This document shows, one piece after another, positions 39,622 to 48,670 of a DNA stretch of 64,000 bases. The notes beneath the pieces are model-generated. The model made no database searches. It was not told the origin of the DNA and saw only the letters and a list, made by a program, of their open reading frames with translations. The stretch is from Nanobdellota archaeon (GTDB lineage Archaea; Nanobdellota; Nanobdellia; Pacearchaeales; GW2011-AR1). The stretch's first letter is position 1. Each line of letters begins with the position of its first letter. Where the stretch lies: positions 6,450 through 70,449 of the forward strand of contig JAJZAH010000004.1 of the NCBI GenBank assembly GCA_021799535.1. Direction: 5' to 3'. The position numbers and the translations under genes are program-made.

Positions 39622-40434
39622 TTATTCTTCATCACCTATCCACCAGTCCATGTCTGGAAGTGTCGAAGTATCTTTCCCTCTTGCCTTTAAATACCCTCTT
39701 GCAAGAAGATAGAAAATCAGCCCGAGACTTTTTCCACTCTTGTTATTTCCGATTATCACATAATCTGCCCCCTGAGAAAAGTTATTTGTCCCGCAGATCA
39801 TCAAAACCTTTTTCTTAACATCAAGTGTGTCTTTTAGCGCATTCTTGTCAAGCCAATGGTCCGATATAACCGTGAGCTCAGTCTCAAAGAAATCCTTAAG
39901 ATTCGTATTAGTCATGATGCCTGCAGGATATTTTTTCGTGAAAACCCTTATCCCAGTTACTTCACCGAATTTCATCGCTGCTCTCCAACCCGACTGCCTT
40001 TTGCACACCAAAATGATGTCTTCAGGCTCAAACTTTGAAAGGTATTCGATACCTCCCTTGAGTTTTTCATCAATCAGATCTGTGTTGAAAATGGCCAGCC
40101 CATCAGCCCTTCTCCTGTAAACGTAAGGCTTCATCTCAGGAGTCACAATCCTAGTTCCCAAGTATATCCCTGTCTTGACATAATCTTCAAGATCGATAAG
40201 CATATCTGCTTTTTTTTTGGCTTTAATTTCTTCTTTCAGAGATTCAGTATCAAGCTTTTCTACCTTCTCTTCCATAAGCTTCGCGGCCTTTTCTTTCAAG
40301 GCTCTCAGCTTATCTTCGGCAGATTTGCCTGGCCCTTTCGAAAATTCAGTCTCAAGAGATTCCGCTTCGGCGGCTTTTTCAAGCTCTGCACCAGACAGTT
40401 CTTCAGGCTCTTTTTCAGATTTTTTCCTTGCCAT
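39622..40434 (-). CDS. rps2: 30S ribosomal protein S2 (uS2) with an N-terminal KE-rich extension
   Basis: 270 aa with the uS2 core from about aa 78 (LIDLEDYVKTGIYLGT...PAGIMTN...). It is preceded by a ~75-aa Lys/Glu/Ala-rich segment. TTTATAAA lies ~25 nt upstream of the first ATG. Confidence 0.8.
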   Translation of the reverse strand: MARKKSEKEPEELSGAELEKAAEAESLETEFSKGPGKSAEDKLRALKEKAAKLMEEKVEKLDTESLKEEIKAKKKADMLIDLEDYVKTGIYLGTRIVTPEMKPYVYRRRADGLAIFNTDLIDEKLKGGIEYLSKFEPEDIILVCKRQSGWRAAMKFGEVTGIRVFTKKYPAGIMTNTNLKDFFETELTVISDHWLDKNALKDTLDVKKKVLMICGTNNFSQGADYVIIGNNKSGKSLGLIFYLLARGYLKARGKDTSTLPDMDWWIGDEE

Positions 40435-40488
40435 AAGAGTTTAGATTAAATTTCATTTATAAAGATTGCTGTTAAGAAAACAAAGAGA

Positions 40489-40752
40489 CTATGGAAATTC
40501 TCCCTCAGTTTTTTCCCGAGGCTTTCTCCACTTTGTTAAAATTATCTTAAAACCAATTATCCTTGAAGTATAATTCGAGCCAAGAAACTTTAAGATTTCA
40601 TCAGAATACTTTTTCAGACTCTCTTTGTCCTCTCTTGCTGATTTTAACACTGTGACTTTGACTATCCTGCAAGTGTCAAAATGAACCTTAATCATTCCCA
40701 AAAAATTTTCAGTAATCCCGTTTTTGCCAAGCTGGACTTCTCTTATCATCAT
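40489..40752 (-). CDS. YhbY/CRM-domain RNA-binding protein
   Basis: 87 aa with the VQLGKNGITENFLGMIKVHFDTCRIVKVTVL pattern. Confidence 0.65.
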   Translation of the reverse strand: MMIREVQLGKNGITENFLGMIKVHFDTCRIVKVTVLKSAREDKESLKKYSDEILKFLGSNYTSRIIGFKIILTKWRKPREKTEGEFP

Positions 40753-40826
40753 GATTAAAAGAATTGAGATTTTATAAATCTATAAGACCATAAAAGTTAT
40801 TAATGACCTGAATTGAATAATTGCAT

Positions 40827-40966
40827 GCGCTAGTGGTCTAATGGTAGAATGCGAGCTTCCCAAGCGAGGGACACCTACGGTTTCCCACCGCTCTGTCTTC
40901 CATTCACGGGAGAAGTGTTTCCTGCGGAAAGAGCTCGCGACCCGGGTCCGATTCCCGGCTGGCGCA
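40827..40966 (+). tRNA. tRNA-Gly (CCC; UCC if the loop is phased 1 nt differently) with a ~69-nt intron
   Basis: Exon 1 is GCGCTAGTGGTCTAATGGTAGAATGCGAGCTTCCCA (40827-40862). The intron is ~40863-40931. Exon 2 is AGCTCGCGACCCGGGTCCGATTCCCGGCTGGCGCA. The acceptor, anticodon (CGAGC/GCTCG) and T (CCGGG/CCCGG) stems pair only after removal of the insert. Confidence 0.8.
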
Positions 40967-40967
40967 T
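40956..40967. repeat. attL core (3' end of tRNA-Gly)
   Basis: CGGCTGGCGCAT, identical to 50128-50139. Confidence 0.7.
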
Positions 40968-41037
40968 AAAACCTTTTTGACCATTTGTAGGGGATACGAT
41001 ACGGACTGATTAAAAATAAAGTCCGTCTAAAAAGGAC

Positions 41038-42180
41038 ATGAAAATAGATCCATACAAATGCAAAGAAAAGTACCTTAGATGGAAAAAGGAAACCCAAGAT
41101 GGAATCCCCAGACTAAGCAAGGTTAATTCAGACCTCATCCATCAATTTCTTTACGATATGGAAAGCGGTTTAAACATCTCTGGAAGCAAAAAGGGAGCAA
41201 GAAGTTATAATCGACTACTCGCTCTGAAAAATCGCCTCATAATTCTTTGTATGAAGTTTAACGATATATTCAATGTGGGGAACATCACTAATATCACGGA
41301 AGAACAAATTCATAGATTTTTTACGGATATGCGAAATGGAGATATAAGGAAAAATAGCGGAGAAGAGTATCGGGATGTTAGTGATCTGATAAAAGATTTC
41401 AAGACTTTTTGGCATTGGCATATGAAAGTAAGCAAAAAACGTGGGAAAGACATTTTAGATATAACCTTAGACCTTGATTTAAGCAAAGATAAACCAAAAT
41501 GGGTTTATTTGAACGAAGAGCAAGTCAAAAAGTTATCAAACTTGGCAAAATACGAATATAAGGTCTTGATAATGTTCCTGTACGATTCGGGCATACGTGC
41601 GCCTACGGAACTTATCAACGTAAAAGTGTCGGATTTCTATAATGATTTCAAGGAATTAAATATTCGTGACGAAATAAGCAAAACTTTCGGGCGAAGAATA
41701 AAAATAATGTTCTGTTCGGAAATGCTAAAACAATACGTAAAAGACAAAAAATTAAGCGAAAACGATCAATTGTTCAAAATAAATTACATTGTCGCTAATC
41801 GATATCTTAAAAGATTAGCGAAAAAAGTTTTCGGAGATAGAGAAAGTTTAGCCGGTGAACGATATTCAAAGTTAACACTGTACGATTTTCGCCATAATTC
41901 TTGCTGTTATTGGTTGCCGAAATATCCGTCAGAAATTGCGTTAAAATATCGTTTCGGCTGGAAAAAGTCGGATAAGATCCATTACTATTCGGAATTATTG
42001 GGGATGAGGGATACGATTTCCGAAGAAGATCTCCTTGTAGATGTGACGAAAACGGAGATTGAAAAAAGATTGATGATATCCGAAAAAAATAACGAAATTT
42101 CGAAAGAAAGAATTAAAGCTTTAGAGGAACAGATTATCGAGATCAAAAAGTGGGCTGAGAGGATAGAAGAAAGAATGTAA
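41038..42180 (+). CDS. Tyrosine recombinase / integrase
   Basis: 380 aa with LYDSGIRAPTELINVKVSD (box I Arg), LYDFRHNSCCYW (box II) and a late ...IHYYSE Tyr. It lies 70 nt from the tRNA 3' end. Confidence 0.7.
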   Translation: MKIDPYKCKEKYLRWKKETQDGIPRLSKVNSDLIHQFLYDMESGLNISGSKKGARSYNRLLALKNRLIILCMKFNDIFNVGNITNITEEQIHRFFTDMRNGDIRKNSGEEYRDVSDLIKDFKTFWHWHMKVSKKRGKDILDITLDLDLSKDKPKWVYLNEEQVKKLSNLAKYEYKVLIMFLYDSGIRAPTELINVKVSDFYNDFKELNIRDEISKTFGRRIKIMFCSEMLKQYVKDKKLSENDQLFKINYIVANRYLKRLAKKVFGDRESLAGERYSKLTLYDFRHNSCCYWLPKYPSEIALKYRFGWKKSDKIHYYSELLGMRDTISEEDLLVDVTKTEIEKRLMISEKNNEISKERIKALEEQIIEIKKWAERIEERM

Positions 42181-42188
42181 ATAATTCA

Positions 42189-43412
42189 TTAAAGTATTTT
42201 ATTAAAGTCAGGATTTTTTATCCGTGCCAATTCCTCCTCTCTTTTTTCCAGTATCCTAGGTTTATGCTCATTGTAATAATCTAAAATAAATTCGTAATTT
42301 ATATCTAAATCTCCTTGATCTCTTAATTTCTTCAATGATAAAAAAGTTTCCTGGCAAAATCTTCTAAAAAGATCCTCTTTCCCATATTGCATTATTGTAT
42401 TCAAAGACACATAATCTACTTCATTTTTGTTTAACTCATAATTTAAGCAAAAATCTAGCAGAGAATTTAAAATTTCATTATCTTTTTTTTCAAAAAGGTT
42501 TTCATTAAAGTAATCCAACGATAAACCCAAATTTATGCTTCCAACCATCCTTGTTAAACAAGCATAACACTTTCCGCAGTTCTTCCCCCACCTACTGGTA
42601 ATGCAAGAATGGGTCTTTGAGAGGATAGAATCATCAGAAATCAAACTCATCATTTCTGTCTTTGTAAAGTCTTCGAATGGGAGCACGATATCAATCGTTC
42701 TGTTTAATATGATTTCAGAGATTTCTTTTGATATTTTCAAGACTAACGGATGGGTGGTATAAGTGATCGTATCAAATGGGGCGAATTTTGGTTGTCGCAT
42801 TGTAACCCCACACTCAGAGATGATTATCCTACCAGCCTGGACAAAAGATGATAAAATTGCTCCATAAAGAACATATAAAAAACCCCTCAATTGGGAATAT
42901 CCCTTTCCCATAGAAGGAGCTAAAAACTTTACTAATTCTATGCCCCTCTCTCCTAACAACACCTTCCTTATCTCTTCAACTTTTTTTGTAATCCAGCCAA
43001 GATCTTGATGAGCTACGAAAAGCCCTAAAACTTCCCCGTAATAATCTTTGCTTTTTATTATTCCCAAAGTGCTATCAACACCTCCGGAAAATAAGCAAAT
43101 TGTACTACAATCCTTGAAAGTTGGGCTCTTCTTTTTATCCTTGAGATCTTTTTTTACTAGAACAAAAGAAATGTCCTCATACAAAACTTCAAGAACCAAG
43201 ACACGCAACAAATAAGAAATGCGTTTTATCTCATCCTCCGAGAGAGTGGAATAATAATCTATCCTAACTGTACCTATAGTTTTACCCTCTTTTATTTTCT
43301 TTTCTAGCATAAATAGAGTATTTGCTATCGAATAAAGTGTGGCTGAGATTTCATCTGACCAAATAAAATCCATTATCTTATTAGGAGATCCGTAAAAAAC
43401 TTTTTTTCTCAT
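42189..43412 (-). CDS. QueC-like PP-loop ATPase with N- and C-terminal extensions
   Basis: 407 aa. It has the PP-loop CLFSGGVDSTLG (aa 106-117) and C270-x8-C279-x2-C282-x2-C285 (SCITSRWGKNCGKCYACLTR), which is the QueC zinc-site spacing. About 100 aa precede the core and about 115 aa follow it, both unknown. Confidence 0.7.
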   Translation of the reverse strand: MRKKVFYGSPNKIMDFIWSDEISATLYSIANTLFMLEKKIKEGKTIGTVRIDYYSTLSEDEIKRISYLLRVLVLEVLYEDISFVLVKKDLKDKKKSPTFKDCSTICLFSGGVDSTLGIIKSKDYYGEVLGLFVAHQDLGWITKKVEEIRKVLLGERGIELVKFLAPSMGKGYSQLRGFLYVLYGAILSSFVQAGRIIISECGVTMRQPKFAPFDTITYTTHPLVLKISKEISEIILNRTIDIVLPFEDFTKTEMMSLISDDSILSKTHSCITSRWGKNCGKCYACLTRMVGSINLGLSLDYFNENLFEKKDNEILNSLLDFCLNYELNKNEVDYVSLNTIMQYGKEDLFRRFCQETFLSLKKLRDQGDLDINYEFILDYYNEHKPRILEKREEELARIKNPDFNKIL

Positions 43413-43747
43413 TTTTTTGCAAGTTCATCAATAACCTGTTTTGCTATCTTAAGCCTAATTTTCTTCAAATCATCTGATAATAGTTTATCCTCGAATAAGG
43501 AAACAAATTCTTCGGTTGTTCTAACCTCATATTTTTCAAGGTAATATTCCGTTTCTCTATCCAAAATTTTTCTTATTATTTCCTCTTTTATTTTCTGTCT
43601 TAGCTGCGTCTTATCCTCAATTGTGAGGGTGTTCACACTAGAAATTAATTCTGGAGATTTCAACATCTGTTCAACCATTGATTCTAAATTATAAGAACTA
43701 AACTCAAGGTATAGCTTACAAGCTTCTCTTAAGGGCATGGAGCTCAT
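43409..43747 (-). CDS. Small helical protein; unknown (operon member)
   Basis: 112 aa, Glu/Lys-rich. It has ATGA overlaps at both ends. Confidence 0.5.
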   Translation of the reverse strand: MSSMPLREACKLYLEFSSYNLESMVEQMLKSPELISSVNTLTIEDKTQLRQKIKEEIIRKILDRETEYYLEKYEVRTTEEFVSLFEDKLLSDDLKKIRLKIAKQVIDELAKK

Positions 43748-44109
43748 TTTTTGCCCCCCACAGTTTTTACTGCATTTTCTACAATGATGCGATCTACTTC
43801 CTTAGGAATCCTAATCTTATTCGATTTTTTTACATGAGACCAAGATTTAGAAATCTCTATCTTAAGGGAATCTAAATTGGTTATCTTTTTCCATTTTGAA
43901 TAATTTCTTATTATTTCTGGAAAGAATTTAGCGGAATAAGAGGAATATGAAATTGGTTTTTTCGATTGCACAAGGAGCGAAAAAGTTTGTGTGGGAATTT
44001 CTTTTATCTCTTTATTTTCAATATATGCCTTTATGGTCTTTATGCCTTTAGTTACTTCTCTAGATCCGCCCAAAAAATCCCGAGTAGGATACGATTTTCT
44101 TCCGCCCAT
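43744..44109 (-). CDS. Small basic protein; unknown (operon member)
   Basis: 121 aa. It begins MGGRKSYPTRDFLGGS and ends ...KTVGGKK. There is an ATGA overlap with the next gene and a 2-nt gap after the previous one. Confidence 0.5.
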   Translation of the reverse strand: MGGRKSYPTRDFLGGSREVTKGIKTIKAYIENKEIKEIPTQTFSLLVQSKKPISYSSYSAKFFPEIIRNYSKWKKITNLDSLKIEISKSWSHVKKSNKIRIPKEVDRIIVENAVKTVGGKK

Positions 44110-44111
44110 TT

Positions 44112-44708
44112 TTAATCCATTATGAGATCATTTAGATTATTTTGTATTAAGGATTCATGCTTTTTTGTCTTATCGAAGATAACAAACCCCCATAAAGTTA
44201 TAGCAAATAGTAAGATTTGAAATAAAATTATTAAAAAAATGTAAAAAGAAATACTAATCCCAAAAATATTTAATTGAAGTTGTAACAGATTTGAATTCTC
44301 AACTATTGATATGAATGTCCCCATTACAAAGAGAAAAATAAAAAGGGATAAAAACAGCTTTTGCTTCAAAGAGTCCAAACCACTTAATTCGTTAAGTTCT
44401 TCTTCATTCTTTTTTAGCTTATCAAATACCTCTTTTCCTCCTTTGGATAAGGTTGTCCCTTTCAAGATAGTCATTAACTCCTTGAGGTATCTTCCAGGAT
44501 CCATTTCCTTAGCTTTAGATACTAAATCTTTCAGCTTATTGTACTTCTCTTGGGTGAGCCTGGTTTTAGACAAAAAATGGGAGATTTTCCGTTTTGTCTC
44601 TTTAGAAAGCCCGAATATACTCTCACTCCACCCATAGATAGCAAAGAAGATTGCTAATGCGGATAACAGGTATACATCTCCTAGCATAACATTACAAGTT
44701 TTTAGCAT
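44112..44708 (-). CDS. Membrane protein (1 N-terminal + 2 C-terminal TM helices); unknown (operon member)
   Basis: 198 aa. The TM helices are DVYLLSALAIFFAIYGW, LFLSLFIFLFVMGTFISIV and ISFYIFLIILFQILLFAITLWGFVIF, with a charged helical middle. Confidence 0.55.
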   Translation of the reverse strand: MLKTCNVMLGDVYLLSALAIFFAIYGWSESIFGLSKETKRKISHFLSKTRLTQEKYNKLKDLVSKAKEMDPGRYLKELMTILKGTTLSKGGKEVFDKLKKNEEELNELSGLDSLKQKLFLSLFIFLFVMGTFISIVENSNLLQLQLNIFGISISFYIFLIILFQILLFAITLWGFVIFDKTKKHESLIQNNLNDLIMD

Positions 44709-44816
44709 TTTTACAGCTTTCTATAACTTTTAGTGCTTATGGGGACGTAAGACATTTATTAAGTAGGATAGTCTACAACATAAATTATTTTGTATTCTCG
44801 ATGATTTTCTTGAAAG

Positions 44817-45113
44817 ATGGAAATTGAAGAAACACTTGATAAAATTGAGGAACATTTAGAATTCATAAACAGGAAAATCGATGAAAAAGTCAGAGAAAAA
44901 GAAAATTCCAAGATTAAACCCCTTTGGAAAAAATCTGGAAAAAAGAATTCTCACCTGAATATGCTAATTGAAACCCCCTTGATGGAACAAGTTGAAAAAG
45001 AAGCTAATAAACAGGAGATTAGTGTTGCTGAATTTGTGAGGAGAAAATTAAGAGATGATCCGCAGTTAGATAGAATTGAGGGGAAAGTAGATTCTTTGCT
45101 GAAAATGGCTTAG
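44817..45113 (+). CDS. Ribbon-helix-helix (CopG-like) protein; possible controller of the R-M gene
   Basis: 98 aa. The C-terminal half HLNMLIETPLMEQVEKEANKQEISVAEFVRRKL follows the RHH pattern. It lies 34 nt upstream of the R-M gene. Confidence 0.5.
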   Translation: MEIEETLDKIEEHLEFINRKIDEKVREKENSKIKPLWKKSGKKNSHLNMLIETPLMEQVEKEANKQEISVAEFVRRKLRDDPQLDRIEGKVDSLLKMA

Positions 45114-45147
45114 AAATCCATAAAAAGTCTTATTTCTTGTCTGGGAC

Positions 45148-48048
45148 ATGGATAAAGAAAAGGCAAAAGAAAGAATTTCACAGTTTGTCAAAGAATTTTC
45201 CGAAATCCCAGAATCTGAACTTAACGATAAAAAAGAAGAGGACATTAAGTGGCTCTTTATTGAACCCCTACTCGACGCTTTAGGTTGGCAAAAAAAAGAC
45301 ATAGAAAAGGAGGCTAGTGTCTTAAATGGAAGAGCCGACTATCTTATAAGAAATGGGAATCAAGAGACATTAGTTATTGAGGCAAAGAAAACCAGTGTTC
45401 ATCTTTCTGAAGAAGAGGGTAGACAAGCCGTTTCATATGCTTATCACAGAAAAATAAAATTTGCCGTCCTCACAAACTTCAAATATATACGTGTTTATCA
45501 TGCACTTTCTAATGTAAGAAAAATAGATCATAACCTTCTGTTCTGGTTGGATTTCAAAGATTTCATAAGCAACTTCGATAAATTATGGCTTTTGTCAAAA
45601 GAAAGTTTTGATAAAGGGGAACTTGAAAAATTAATCCCTTCAAAAGACCAAAAAACTGCAGTTCCGATTGATGAAAGAATACTTGATGATTTATTACACA
45701 TCCGTGAGTGGCTTTCAAAAGAGTTGAAGTCAAAAAGGATGGAATTAAAAGACGGATATGTTGATGAAATCGTACAGATTTTTATTGATAGGTTAATCTT
45801 TATGAGGTCTGCTGAAGATAGGGGATTGGAAGCTGAAGATTTTCTACTCAAAATAATGCAAGCCGTCCAACAAGGCGAAACAGATAAAAATTTATGGTCA
45901 CTTTTAAAGGATCAGTTTATAAGGTTCGATAAAACTTACAATTCTAAACTTTTTGCGACGGGGATCTTAGAACAATATGGATTTTTCTCTGACGACGTTT
46001 TGAAAAAAGTCATCAAAACTATTTATTACGGATTGGAGTCAACTCAAGAAAAGTATATGTTCAATGAAATTCCTGGAGACCTCTTTGGTTCAATCTATGA
46101 ACAATATCTTGGGACAATTCTCTCTGGAACTGAAAAAAGAATTAAGCTGGAAGGTGGAACAGGAAAAAGGAAAAAAATGGGGATATATTACACCCCTTCT
46201 TATATCGTCGATTATATCGTGAAAAATACAGTTTATGAGTATATTAAAGACAAGTCCATTGATGATATCCTCGATGTAAAAATCCTTGATCCTGCTTGCG
46301 GTTCGGGATCTTTCATAACGAGAGCTTTCGTTGAGGTCTGTAATGTCATGAGGGATAAATTAAGTAGAGGAGAAAAATCAAAAAATTGGTCTTCATTTAA
46401 GGAACCGAGCAAAGTTCTTAACTTTTCACAAAAATCAACCATCCTAAAAAATTGTATTTATGGTGTTGATTTAGATGAGAAAGCGGTTGAGCTTGCTCAG
46501 TTAAATTTATTATTGAAATGTCTTGAAGGGGAGACAAGAGATTTAAAAAATAGAAAGCTACCAAACCTGCTGGATAATATAAAATGTGGCAATTCTCTTA
46601 TAGATGACCCTAAAATCTCTGATCATGCGTTTAACTGGAATGCTTCATTCAAAGATGTCATGAATGCTGGAGGTTTTGATGTTGTGATTGGAAACCCTCC
46701 TTATGTAAAAATACAAACATTTTCAGATTACGAAAAAAAGGAGAATGATTACCTCGTGAGCGTTTTTAAATCGTCAACTGGGAATTTTGATTTATATGTG
46801 TTATTTGTTGAAAAAGGGTTTAACTTGATAAAAGAAGGTGGTGTTTTGGGATTCATCCTACCCCACAAATTTTTTCAGTCCGAGTTTGGAGTCGGGCTAA
46901 GAACATTCTTACAAGAAAAAAAGGCCTTGAAGTCAATAATTGATTTCAGAGACAACCAAATATTTGATGGTGCAACTACCTATACTTGCTTATTATTTCT
47001 TAATAAGGCAAATAATAATACTTTTAAGTATTTGGGAATAAAATCAACAATTAATATGCCCCAAGTGTTAGAAAACCCAAGTGGATTTTCAAATCTTTTT
47101 TTTGATTCATTGGATTCAAAAAAATGGATTTTTTCATTGGATAACAGGATTTTAGACAAAATTAAAAAGGACTCACAATCAAACTTAGGAGAATTTACCT
47201 CTAAGATATTTCAGGGGATTGCTACCGGAGCAGATAAGATATTCTTTTTACAAAAAATTGAAGACAAAAACCACGATCTCAGGGTTTATTCAAGAGGACT
47301 GAACAAAGAGATTATTCTTGAGGAAGAACTTCTTAAACCTTTAATTAAAGGAAATATGCTAAAGAGATATTCCCCAATTAAAAGTGATGAGCTTATTTTA
47401 TTCCCTTATGCGTTGGACATTAATGGAAAAGTGAGACTAATACCAAGGGGTGATTTAAAGGAAAATTTTCCAAAAACATATGATTATTTGAAAAATTTTG
47501 AAAAAGAGTTGAGGGATCGCGAAAAAGGACGGTTTGACAATCAAAGATGGTACTGTTATTCACGAAACCAAGGTATGGGAGACATAAGTAAGAAGAAAAT
47601 ACTCACCCCAGACATTTGCAGTCAAGGAGAGTCCTCTTTAGATGTCGATGGAACTTTTTTAACAACAACAACTGTTTACGGCATCATACCTAAAAATAAA
47701 AATAATTTTGAAATTTTGTTGGCTATACTAAACAGTAAAGTTCTGGAGTACTTTATAAAAAATACTGGTAGTATACTTAGGGGTGGTTTTTATCGTTATA
47801 AAACAGCCTATTTGAAACCATTTCCTATTAAGGAAATTTCAGATAAACAAAGAGAGCAATTCATAAGATTAGTAAACCAGATGCTTGAACTCCAGAAAAA
47901 ATATCATGATGACAAAGTTCAAGGGCATGAGAAAGAGAGATTAAAGCAGCAAATTGATAATATTAATTATGAAACTGATCAGGAAGTTTACAAACTCTAT
48001 GGACTCACGCCCGAAGAGATAAAAATCGTCGAGGAGAGTTTAAAATAA
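45148..48048 (+). CDS. Type IIG restriction-modification enzyme (fused nuclease + N6-adenine methyltransferase + specificity region)
   Basis: 966 aa. The N-terminal HSDR_N/PD-(D/E)xK-like block is LLDALGW...GRADYLI...LVIEAKK. SAM motif I is ILDPACGSGSF and motif IV is VVIGNPPYVK. The C-terminal region is TaqI/Eco57I-like. Confidence 0.8.
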   Translation: MDKEKAKERISQFVKEFSEIPESELNDKKEEDIKWLFIEPLLDALGWQKKDIEKEASVLNGRADYLIRNGNQETLVIEAKKTSVHLSEEEGRQAVSYAYHRKIKFAVLTNFKYIRVYHALSNVRKIDHNLLFWLDFKDFISNFDKLWLLSKESFDKGELEKLIPSKDQKTAVPIDERILDDLLHIREWLSKELKSKRMELKDGYVDEIVQIFIDRLIFMRSAEDRGLEAEDFLLKIMQAVQQGETDKNLWSLLKDQFIRFDKTYNSKLFATGILEQYGFFSDDVLKKVIKTIYYGLESTQEKYMFNEIPGDLFGSIYEQYLGTILSGTEKRIKLEGGTGKRKKMGIYYTPSYIVDYIVKNTVYEYIKDKSIDDILDVKILDPACGSGSFITRAFVEVCNVMRDKLSRGEKSKNWSSFKEPSKVLNFSQKSTILKNCIYGVDLDEKAVELAQLNLLLKCLEGETRDLKNRKLPNLLDNIKCGNSLIDDPKISDHAFNWNASFKDVMNAGGFDVVIGNPPYVKIQTFSDYEKKENDYLVSVFKSSTGNFDLYVLFVEKGFNLIKEGGVLGFILPHKFFQSEFGVGLRTFLQEKKALKSIIDFRDNQIFDGATTYTCLLFLNKANNNTFKYLGIKSTINMPQVLENPSGFSNLFFDSLDSKKWIFSLDNRILDKIKKDSQSNLGEFTSKIFQGIATGADKIFFLQKIEDKNHDLRVYSRGLNKEIILEEELLKPLIKGNMLKRYSPIKSDELILFPYALDINGKVRLIPRGDLKENFPKTYDYLKNFEKELRDREKGRFDNQRWYCYSRNQGMGDISKKKILTPDICSQGESSLDVDGTFLTTTTVYGIIPKNKNNFEILLAILNSKVLEYFIKNTGSILRGGFYRYKTAYLKPFPIKEISDKQREQFIRLVNQMLELQKKYHDDKVQGHEKERLKQQIDNINYETDQEVYKLYGLTPEEIKIVEESLK

Positions 48049-48088
48049 AAAATAGAAATTTTCGAATCAATAGGAGTGTTAATTTTGC

Positions 48089-48661
48089 TTAGTGTTCAAT
48101 TTTTTGCATAAAATTTTTAGCACTTATAATTTTTACTTTAAATTCTTTTTCTAACATCTTACTTAAATACAAATCTTTATCTAACGTAACAAAATATTCA
48201 CATTTGTTTAATTCTGCCTGATAAATTAATATTATATCGAATGTTGAAAATCCTTCTTGGGATAATTTGTTTATTCTATTCATATCCATCTCTTCGTCTT
48301 TCATTGGTTCTACTCTATGTTCGGAATGATTAAAAAAAGAGAGTATAATCATATTTACCCCATCTATCTGTCCTTTGTTTAATCTTATATTCTCCTCTGC
48401 ATCTGCAAATTCCTTTACAGTATAGCCACTTTCCAAGATTATTTCATCTAATTTTAATTTCATTAAGATATCCCTCAGCTCCAATTCATTCCACCTTGTC
48501 ATTATATTTAAAAAATTCAATTTTTCAAAGCTGGTTAATAGAGGACGTAGCTTGGCCAATCTTTTTGGTAATGAGACGCCTTTATCCTCTTTATTATAAA
48601 TAAATGTAAATTTAACTAAAAGGTTGGTATCAAACATTATTCGCTTAGGAAAGTGTTCCAT
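48089..48661 (-). CDS. PIN-domain-like nuclease
   Basis: 190 aa with an N-terminal IMFDTNLL, an internal acidic residue (NELE), FDIILIYQA and a C-terminal FVTLDKDL. Confidence 0.5.
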   Translation of the reverse strand: MEHFPKRIMFDTNLLVKFTFIYNKEDKGVSLPKRLAKLRPLLTSFEKLNFLNIMTRWNELELRDILMKLKLDEIILESGYTVKEFADAEENIRLNKGQIDGVNMIILSFFNHSEHRVEPMKDEEMDMNRINKLSQEGFSTFDIILIYQAELNKCEYFVTLDKDLYLSKMLEKEFKVKIISAKNFMQKIEH

Positions 48662-48670
48662 CTTAAAAAA

